The position numbers and the translations under genes were made by a program. DNA of 13,249 nucleotides. It comes from Azolla caroliniana. Its lineage: Eukaryota; Plantae; Polypodiophyta. Below are positions 1 to 7,892 of the stretch, one piece after another. Each line of letters opens with the position of its first letter. The stretch's first letter is position 1. The notes below the pieces were generated by a model that was given only the letters and a program-made list of their open reading frames with translations, was not told the origin of the DNA and ran no database searches. The stretch spans positions 1 to 13,249 of the forward strand of contig JBHGNT010000977.1 in the NCBI GenBank assembly GCA_043228905.1, in the 5' to 3' direction.

Positions 1-1386
1 AAGCCTCTTCATCCCCTTCTCACTCATGTGGCACAGTCTCTTGTGCCACAGCTCACCGGCAGTGTCGGCTGCCACGTTCAGCTCTTCCGGACATAACCGG
101 GCATTCATCAGGTATAGTGTGTTGACTTTACGGGCCCGAGCCACTATCAAGCTCCCCTTGCTGAACTTCATTACGCCGTTCCGGATGCTACCTGTGTAGC
201 CTTCATCGTCTAGCCTCCCGGCCGAAATCAGGTTCAATCGAACCTCCGGAACGTGTCGCACATCCTTCAGCAGCATTTTGCATCCGGTCGGGGTTGTCAA
301 CCACACGTCTCCGATGCCGGCAATCCGGCACGTACCTTCATTTCCCATCCGGACACAGCCATGCTCACCGGCTGTGTAGGATGAGAAGTATCTTCTCTCC
401 GGGGTCAGGTGGAACGATGCTCCGGAATCGACCACCCAGGTCGACTCATCGCCGGCAACGTTTAGTTCACCTTCTTCGGTGATGAGCATGATTTCTTCCT
501 CACTTGCCGCGAGTGCCGTTGTTCCTTTCCGGTCCTGCCCTCGCCGATCCGAACCTCTCCGGTCCGTGGCTCCCCGGTATGCACCGTTTCTCTCCGGTGA
601 CTTCTTCGAATCGGTGTCGTCGGCTCCATTGTCTTTTCGGTAATGCCGACAATTCTTCCGGAAGTGCCCCGGCTTCCCACAGTGGAAGCATGTAGGCCTT
701 CCTCTTGACTGCGACCGGGTCCCCGACTTCTCCCGCCTTTGAGGACTCCGGTTCCATTGTCTTCCCCGATCCGATTCGGTAAGCAGCGCCTTCGAGTCGG
801 AGGCCGGTTCTTTATCTCTCCGACGCGCTTCTTCGTTCAAAATACTTGTCTTTACCGTTTGTAAGGACAAGTTATCTTCGGTGCACGAGGTGCTGAGAGT
901 CACCACCAAGTTCTCCCAGCTGTCCGGCAATGTACACATCAGGATGATGGCTTGCATTGCATCCTCCAACGGGAACTTAATCGCCGCAAGCTGGTTCACG
1001 AATCCCATGAACGTGCTTACGTGTTCCACCATACTCTCGCCGTCCCGGTACTTGAGATTCACTATCTTCCTCATCAGGGAGGTCCGGTTCAACGCATTCT
1101 TCCTCTCGTAGAGGCCCGACAGCTTCTTCCACATCTCGTATGCGTTGGTGTCGTTCGCCACGTGTTGTAGGACGCTTACATCGACATATTGTCGGATCGT
1201 TGCTACGGCTTTCCGGTTCAGAAGCCTCCATTCCGTCTCAAGTACCCCCTTCGGTATTTCCGACCTGTCAATCGGTTCGTACAGGTCCCGAACAATCAGA
1301 AGATCCTCCATCTTGATCTTCCAGTCGGCGTAGTTCTGCGCATTCAGCACCATCATCCCTGGCTGCCCGCTGCTGCCGCCTTCCAT
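1..1386 (-). CDS. Copia gag-pol polyprotein, N-terminal 462 codons (partial, no stop within window)
   Basis: Manual translation from ATG at 1386: MEGGSSGQPGMMVLNAQNYADWKIKMEDLL...AYEMWKKLSGLYE...LPDSWENLV; zinc knuckle CFHCGKPGHFRKNC (649-690); aspartic protease WVVDSGASFH (409-438); DVRHVPEVRLNLISAGRLD; LWHKRLCHMSEKG near base 1-50. No stops or frameshifts. Absent from the ORF track because it runs off the edge. Confidence 0.95.
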   Translation of the reverse strand, partial: MEGGSSGQPGMMVLNAQNYADWKIKMEDLLIVRDLYEPIDRSEIPKGVLETEWRLLNRKAVATIRQYVDVSVLQHVANDTNAYEMWKKLSGLYERKNALNRTSLMRKIVNLKYRDGESMVEHVSTFMGFVNQLAAIKFPLEDAMQAIILMCTLPDSWENLVVTLSTSCTEDNLSLQTVKTSILNEEARRRDKEPASDSKALLTESDRGRQWNRSPQRREKSGTRSQSRGRPTCFHCGKPGHFRKNCRHYRKDNGADDTDSKKSPERNGAYRGATDRRGSDRRGQDRKGTTALAASEEEIMLITEEGELNVAGDESTWVVDSGASFHLTPERRYFSSYTAGEHGCVRMGNEGTCRIAGIGDVWLTTPTGCKMLLKDVRHVPEVRLNLISAGRLDDEGYTGSIRNGVMKFSKGSLIVARARKVNTLYLMNARLCPEELNVAADTAGELWHKRLCHMSEKGMKRL

Positions 1387-1402
1387 TTTCTGCACTGCCG
1401 TC

Positions 1403-1414
1403 GCTCTGATACCA
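1403..1414 (-). promoter_or_regulatory. Primer binding site complementary to the 3' end of initiator tRNA-Met
   Basis: + strand gctctgatacca = TGGTATCAGAGC on minus, 3 nt inside the LTR end and 16 nt before the gag ATG. Confidence 0.95.
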
Positions 1415-1417
1415 CTT

Positions 1418-2102
1418 TGTTGAGAATCAACGCTCCAATTCACCTTCACCACTCGGCCACAACCGAGAAATCGCGAATCAATGCAGCAGAAAATAGGAAA
1501 CACAGAGAAAGACACGATAACACAGGGATTAACGTGGAAAACCCTATACGGGAAAAACCACGGGAGTCCTCAAACTCCAACTATCACTATAAGCAGAGAT
1601 GTACAATGGTGAAGCTTCAAGGCAACAACCTTGAGCTCACTGTCTTCGCCACAGGCGGCGGCAATACACAGAGGCAACGACCTCTTCGTCTCTCTCTCTC
1701 TCTCTCTCTCTCTCGGCTGCTCTCTTCACTCTCTCTAAGTGGAAAACCGAAAATGAGCAACAACACAACACAGTTTGCCCTAAGTCATATTTATACACAT
1801 ATGACTTTCGGGCTATTTACAGATATAGCCTCAGGGGGCTCTTGGCAAAACATATTCACAAATATGTCCCCGCATCCGGATCTCTCTCCGGGTACTTCCG
1901 TCATCCGGCTCCGTAGCCGGGGTCTTCATCATCCGGATCCGTATCCGGGTACTCTTCATCCGGCTTCATCCGTATCCGGGTACTCTTCACATCCGGTGAG
2001 CACTCGCACCGGGCCTGTATCTTCATCCGGTTCCGTGACCGTAACCGGGCTTGCCGTCATTCATCTCCGGACATCCCATCCGGAGGGACCGAAATCCCAA
2101 CA
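1418..2102 (-). repeat. 5' LTR (685 bp)
   Basis: Termini TGTTGAGA (1418) ... TCCCAACA (2102) form the TG...CA inverted ends; minus-strand TATAAAT at ~1789-1795; (TC)13 at 1689-1714; abrupt loss of CpG/CCGG richness after 2102. Predicted 5-bp TSD atcat (2103-2107); its partner lies outside the window. Confidence 0.88.
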
Positions 2103-3620
2103 ATCATGTGGGAAGCAATGGCAATCACACATGTTTTCTTCCATAGCTTCATACCTCCACTAATGACGTGTTGAGGGGTCAACTTGGGAAAGCAAAGGAA
2201 TGTCAATGACAACAAAGGCTCTGAATACAAGGATATAAGGCATATGGGTCATACCAACACCAGATCATGGAGATACTTTCTCACCATGTTTCCATTTTAG
2301 TGAGGTGGATTTCTTCATTGAAAGGAGAAGGAAAAGGATGTATTGTTCGATTTTCGCAAGAGCATGACATTCTTAACAGATTGTCTCATGGTTAGCCTCT
2401 ATATTTTTTATTATCATGGGGGTGATAATGAGTAATTTTCTTGCATAGTTGTCCTTTTGTAGTGAATGAAAAATAATATGTATGCTAGTTTCCTAAATTG
2501 ATCAAACTATCAATTTCCAGATGTGTAACTTTTGTATATTTGTTTCTCTTTGTAGTACCATTCTTTTGCCTTGACCTTTTTCACATTTGTGAGAGCTGGC
2601 CAATAACAAAGTTTGGACTAAAATGTTACAACTCACTAAATGGGTTTAATAGTATCGGTGATTGTTTTGGACTGATGGACCAATGCTTCTATTATCAAGG
2701 GGGGAGGGTTTTGTTAATTGAACTCAAATGATATCATGTGGAATGGATACTTTGATATATATTATCTAGGACAATATAATGATTAGTGGACTCTCTATGT
2801 CCATATGTACATGGGGCGTCTTAAAACCCATATGGTTGCATCATACATAAGGGTAGCGGAGGAAGTGTGCCAAAGTTCAAGGATAGCCAAAGTTGTATAT
2901 CCTTAAGTGAGTCTATCCATGGTGGCGTGTTCATAGAGCAATGCCCATTTATGCTTGTAAATTTGCTTCATAAAATGTCTTCTATCTATGTTGCTACCTC
3001 ATCTTATGCTAAAAAAAAAAATTGGTATGTGCCAAAAAAAAAATTTAGGATGTTCCGATTGACATTATCACTAGTAGGAAAGTGGCCGGTTAAACTTTTT
3101 AATTTCCAGTTAGGATCATAAGAAGCAAGAAAAATTCCGTTAGGGGTTATAAACTTTGCCCAACGTTGGTCGCACGTCGAACGTCGATTCTCGCGCACTA
3201 CGAGTATCGGCTGTTGTCGTCGATCGATGGCAATACTTCTCTCGATACCCCACCGACTACTACAGACACAAGAACGAGAACAAATTTCACACCCAATAAT
3301 CAAATTTGATTCCTTACGGTGGAGATTACAACGGCGGCAAAATGGTCGGACACGACTAAACAAGATGTTACAACAAGAACAAAGTAGGAGAAAGGGGGAA
3401 AAGGGATATGGGGAAGGGAGGATCTAGCGATGACCACGGCTCCCAACTCAAGCACTCCTAGCACAATAGCACAATCCCATGGACGACAAGCACTCGGGTT
3501 TGCGATAGCAAACATGGGAGCGCACACCAACACCCCGATCAAGTCTCTCGAACGGCAAGCACATGGGCTTGCAATGATGAACAGAGACCTTGAACCTCAA
3601 CTGACAGACACGCCTAGTGA

Positions 3621-3665
<45 letters not shown>

Positions 3666-3668
3666 CGA

Positions 3669-3738
3669 TGGATGTATCTCAGTTGGTAAGGTTGCCCAAT
3701 GGAGACCAGATGGTTATGGGTTAAACCCCTACATTCCA
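3669..3738 (+). mobile_element. Degenerate tRNA-derived / SINE-like head, copy 1
   Basis: A-box-like TATCTCAGTTGG and B-box-like GGTTAAACCC at tRNA-like spacing; ~70 nt; ends TGGATG...CATTCCA are roughly complementary; no clean D or anticodon stem. Confidence 0.5.
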
Positions 3739-3794
3739 CAATCACTCACGCCTAGTGATGTGAGAGAGAGAGAGAGAGAGAGAGAGAGCCCCGA

Positions 3795-3864
3795 TGGATG
3801 TATCTCAGTTGGTAAGGTTGCCCAATGGAGACCAGATGGTTATGGGTTAAACCCCTACATTCCA
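3795..3864 (+). mobile_element. Degenerate tRNA-derived / SINE-like head, copy 2
   Basis: Identical to 3669-3738. Confidence 0.5.
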
Positions 3865-3924
3865 CAATCACTGTGACATCTACTGAATTAAGGGATATGT
3901 ATGAAGTATATAATACAAAGGTGA

Positions 3925-3990
3925 GAAAATTAGGTATCGAACCCAAGACGTAGTGCTTGTAGTGTTAACAACTTACCGCTAAGATTAGCT
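3925..3990 (-). mobile_element. tRNA-derived / SINE-like head with intact T-arm and B-box
   Basis: Minus strand reads AGCTAATCTTAGCGGTAAG...GTC-TTGGG-TTCGATA-CCTAA-TTTT: A-box-like motif, 5-bp T stem with TTCGATA loop, then T4. Acceptor and anticodon stems do not fold. Confidence 0.5.
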
Positions 3991-5321
3991 AATTATGATA
4001 AGAACAAAAAAACAAAGACATGAAGATGGAGAGATTATCATCTTCAGAGATTGAATATGCCAAAAATATTACATGTGAAAGTGAGTAGCGACTCTCGATG
4101 TTCAAGAACTTTTTACCAATGAATGTTGCAATCAAGAGTGCACATTGTGGTTGTGAGAGAAATTCATGCAAGGATTGGCTTAGCCAAAGATGTGTGGAAA
4201 GCATGGTCGAATATGATCAAAGGCAGAGCATTGTATCAAAGTGTGATACGCAGACTCTCGAACTTGTTTAGGGCAAAGTGCGAGGGAGGAGGGAACCACA
4301 TTACATTTAATGGTCAAATATTGCTCCCATTTTCAAGAGAGGAATATTGGCCTTGAATCAAGGCCACATTAAAGTATTGATTGCGTAGAGCCTTGTGCCT
4401 CTCTCATTCACGCCTCTCTCCCTCACTTTCACACGTGTGGAATTTTCTCCCTCTTACTTGTGTACCATCCCTTTTTCTTACTTTTATGCACATGTGCATT
4501 ATTTCTCACTTACTTTTTGTGCACCTCATCCACCATTCACTTTCCCATATTTTTGTGCCTGTGCCTATGGCACCTTTGCCCCACGTTCCACATGTTTGCA
4601 CTCCCGCACTTGGCCCCCTTTACGAGAATTTCACACCGTTGTTGTGCATCTTCACGACACCATTTATGTCTATATTGTGGTGATTCATGAAACATAGAAA
4701 TAAATTGCTCTTATTAACCTAGATAGCAAGTTACACGTAAGGACTAAAGTTTATCTTAATTCTCCAAACACATCTGGTCATCCTACCAACCTTCGTCCTT
4801 AAACCATCCAATAGGTTTGCAAACTACATAGTCAACTAGATGAAATGTTAAATGAGTAAGTCTAGCCAAAAGAGAATCCATTCAATTAAACAACCAAGAT
4901 TTCAAAAAGTTAGTCCAAAGTAGTGATTTCATGCATCAAATCAAGTTAGTAGGGGTTTTGCAACACAAGTCTTTGATTCTGCTCCCTTAGATTCATGAAC
5001 TAATTCTTGGTTCATGGACCAAACATTCTCCTTAACACAATCCTCTTGACACGATGGCTTTATCTAGCGTTCCATCTAGGGACATAGCCAAAATGTTCTT
5101 GTGGTTCACATAATTCATGTTTTGTGCCTTCTTTTTTTCATACCCTATGAGATTATGTATGACATCGTGACTCATCGTACTACCATTATAGTGAGGAATC
5201 TATTCTCAAGATCCATCATCATATCTCCAAAATAAACCACCTCGGTGGGCTTTGTACTATTGGTGCACATAACTTAGATGGATGAATTATGTTCTTATGA
5301 ATACATACATGGGTAGGTATA

Positions 5322-5709
5322 TGTTGAGAGATATATTCCTAATGTAAGCATGAAATAAGGAAATAAATGATAGGTAGATAAGAGAAAAGGAGAGAAAGAA
5401 GGGTATTGATCCACCCGACCACCCTGAGCGAAGAGATCGAGACGAACTTGAGCCTTCATTTGCGTCCTATACCACTGCCATGTCATCGAGTCGTACCTAA
5501 TGATGGCACACTCCCTACAAGAGCTTGTTCACCACAAGATCACAATGTCGACGTGGTCGAATAAGGTTCCAAATGAGGGTAGCTAGGCCTCATACTTATA
5601 GCCAGACCTAAGGGCCCCATACAACTTCACACTTGGATCTTATGGGTTGTCTAAATTCCTAGGATTAAAAGTAATCCTCCCTTCTTTACACTCTCGATTA
5701 ACCCTCACA
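5322..5709 (-). mobile_element. Possible solo LTR or LTR fragment
   Basis: TGTTGAG...CTCACA termini; minus-strand CTATAAGTA TATA-like motif near 5593-5601; purine-rich block resembling an LTR R/U5 read antisense. Flanks (gtata / tttat) do not match as a TSD. Confidence 0.3.
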
Positions 5710-6877
5710 TTTATCCTCGTGTGTCAAATACTACGATACAACTTACCACAGAATAAATTATGGTCATGTTCGTAACAATTTATGGATGGTAGAGGATAAT
5801 CGTGACGTACACTCGATTACAAGTGCATAACATAGGATGCATCGTTTTGCGAGGGTGAGTGTTGTGTTGCCAATGGCAAACAATGAAAAACACCCCTAGC
5901 CATGCACGTTTTCATCATTTCTGTATTTTGCATGATAGTACAACATAGTTGAGCGTGAAGGGACGTGTCAAGAATCGAGATACCAAGCTTTACTACTCAC
6001 AGTGTGTGAACACGCACAATCGTGTCTGTTGGAAGTGCGTGTAAAGCTCACTCTTGTATAGATTGGGACACGTTCGTTGTATTGAATTGAGAGAATACTA
6101 TAAGATATCCCACTTATTCTACTATCATGATAAGTTTGTTTAGGATACTATGAAAGTATATATAGTACTATATATATAGTACTATATAAAACGAGATATT
6201 TGTTGTCTATTTATCACAATATAATCAACTTTGCTTAATATAATTGTCTTATATAGCCTTGTGTGCTCTCTCTCACTCACTCACACACACCCTTTTAATT
6301 ATCTCTCATGCATTACTTAATGTATCATGATCCGAGATGGAACAACTTTAGTTATTTACAAATGTGACCATGGATTTTATGCCATACCAACAATATACTC
6401 AAATAATTGCCATAGTAGTTTCTACAACCAATAAATTTGTGCCAAGGAATGTGGATTCCCTAATCATTTTTGTGTAGACAAAAAGCATTCTTCCCCATAT
6501 GCTCTATAAACCAATGATTTTTGCACCACATCAACATGGAATGTCAAGGCCCAACAATCTTTGCAACCGATGGTTTTGTGCCGTCAATATGAGTTATCGT
6601 CTTTTCAAGACAAGAAACTGTCAACAAAACACTATTATCACAACCAAATATGCATGCCTTTGATGATGTGGGAGGGATTTATCATGAAGCCGCTACATCC
6701 ACCATTTTCTTGGGTAGTTGACCATTTGCATATACAATGCTTCTCTTTTCTATGACTTCCAAAGTGATAGCTTTAGCTTCTTCTTTTTATCTACACACCT
6801 TCTTCTGAAAGCATCGTCCAACATTTATACCAACGAAAGACATGTCCCTCTCGGAATACCAACGTGCATTCTTGTGC

Positions 6878-7070
6878 AAAGTTATTGCCCAACACAGATG
6901 TCGTTCCGGCACGTCAACATGGGCTCTCAAATAAGTTATTGGTCGGGACACATGTTACTACGCAATGCGAGAATGGATTATGATCGAAACACATGTTGTT
7001 GTGGCACATTAGCCAACATGGATTCCGAGGAAAGTTATTGATAAAGACAAACGATGTTGTGCCACGTCAA
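6878..7070 (+). repeat. Degenerate ~45-55 bp tandem array (about 4 units)
   Basis: AAGTTATTG at 6879, 6933 and 7032, with variant GATTATG at 6976; recurring ACACATGTT/ACAGATGT, CACGTCAA and CAACATGG. Confidence 0.55.
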
Positions 7071-7203
7071 GGACAGATGCGGTCGGAATCGCCAACAAAC
7101 GAGTGTATGTTGTGGGATTCGGACATATGGGAGCTAGAATTACATGTACGCAGTGGAAGACGATTATATGATGATGGTGTGGTGACTTTGGTGGGGCAAA
7201 TCG

Positions 7204-7343
7204 CTAGGGTTCAAGGTAGGTCTAGGGTTAGGGTTAGGGTTAAGGTTAGTAGGATTAGGATTAGGGTTAGGGTTAGGGTTAGGGTTAGGGTTAGGGTTAG
7301 GGTTAGGGTTAGGGTTAGGGTTAGGGTTAGGGTTAGGGTTAGG
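7204..7343 (+). repeat. Interstitial telomere-like tract, (TTAGGG)n hexamer type
   Basis: 13 perfect TTAGGG at 7261-7338 plus TTAGG, preceded by ~57 bp of variant units (CTAGGG, TTAAGG, TTAGGA). No TTTAGGG units. Confidence 0.97.
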
Positions 7344-7345
7344 AA

Positions 7346-7352
7346 ACACGTG
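7346..7352 (+). promoter_or_regulatory. G-box/ABRE-like motif ACACGTG
   Basis: CACGTG at 7347-7352 in the proximal upstream region of the TZF gene; second CACGT core at 7401. Short motif, function inferred. Confidence 0.4.
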
Positions 7353-7423
7353 CAATCTCTCCATCTCCTTCCCCTCCCTCCGCAGCTATGACTGACTGAG
7401 CACGTTTGCGTGTGCTGACCGGG

Positions 7424-7428
<5 letters not shown>

Positions 7429-7458
<30 letters not shown>
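7429..7458 (+). repeat. (CT)15 microsatellite (GAGA element / Y-patch region)
   Basis: Perfect CT dinucleotide run, typical around plant transcription starts. Confidence 0.9.
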
Positions 7459-7459
<1 letters not shown>

Positions 7460-7739
7460 GACTCTTTCTCGGGAAATCCTCTCTGATAAAAGCTCTGGTC
7501 TCTGTCTCTGTCTCAACTCTGTGTTGGAGGAGATGCCCATCAAAAGAAAAGTGACCCCTCTGGCTTTCTTCATCTTTATATTCTTGCTGGCGTGTGTGTG
7601 TGCGCGCTCTCCTGGTTCAAAAAGAACAGACTAATTCCTTCTTCTCCTTCTCCTTCTCCTTCTTCTTCTTCTTCTTCTTCTGTTCTGTGGATCTTTCTCC
7701 TGAGGCCACCATCGCTTCACTCGCAGAAGAAAGAAAGAG

Positions 7740-7892
7740 GTATGTATGTATGTATGTATTGTATGTATTGTATGTATGTATGTATGTTGCATGTTTCCCA
7801 TCTACTTGCATATGGTTCCACCATGCCACAAACCTCCTCATTGACATCTTTCCTTCCTTCCTTCCTTCCTTCCTTCCTTCTCCTCTCTGCAG
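7740..7892 (+). other. Predicted 5'UTR intron (153 bp) of the TZF gene
   Basis: Donor AG|GTATGT at 7739/7740, branch-like TTGAC at 7841, (TTCC)7 polypyrimidine tract, acceptor TGCAG|GT at 7892/7893, 15 nt before the ATG at 7908. Confidence 0.75.

Larger units (their letters stand above)
1..2102 (-). mobile_element. Ty1/copia LTR retrotransposon (Tnt1/Tork-like), 5' portion; continues beyond the left window edge
   Basis: On the minus strand: LTR, then PBS TGGTATCAGAGC, then gag with CCHC knuckle, protease DSG motif and GAG-pre-integrase motif directly after protease (copia domain order). Lineage assignment is by resemblance only. Confidence 0.95.
3609..3872 (+). repeat. Head-to-tail tandem duplication (138 bp + 126 bp) containing a (GA)n microsatellite
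   Basis: Units 3609-3746 and 3747-3872 are identical except (GA)19 vs (GA)13. Confidence 0.97.

Noticed and set aside
294-1333. Short ORFs listed in the track over the copia region
   Set aside because: Alternate-frame or antisense shadows of the real minus-strand gag-pol frame.
3430-3876. 148-aa ORF with (RE)n repeats
   Set aside because: Product of the GA microsatellite and tandem duplication; no domain.
3069-3964. Possible CACTA element (CACTAGTAGGAAA at 3069; CTTGTAGTG ending 3964)
   Set aside because: The ends match only in the CACTA core and the 3-bp flanks (tat vs tta) are not a TSD.
3669-3990. Functional tRNA genes
   Set aside because: D, anticodon and acceptor stems do not fold properly; kept only as tRNA-derived elements.
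6878-7070. CRISPR-like repeat-spacer array
   Set aside because: Repeats are short and degenerate, intervening sequences are related to one another, context is eukaryotic and there are no cas genes.
7204-7343. True chromosome end
   Set aside because: Only ~140 bp and followed by promoter and gene sequence; interstitial unless misassembled.
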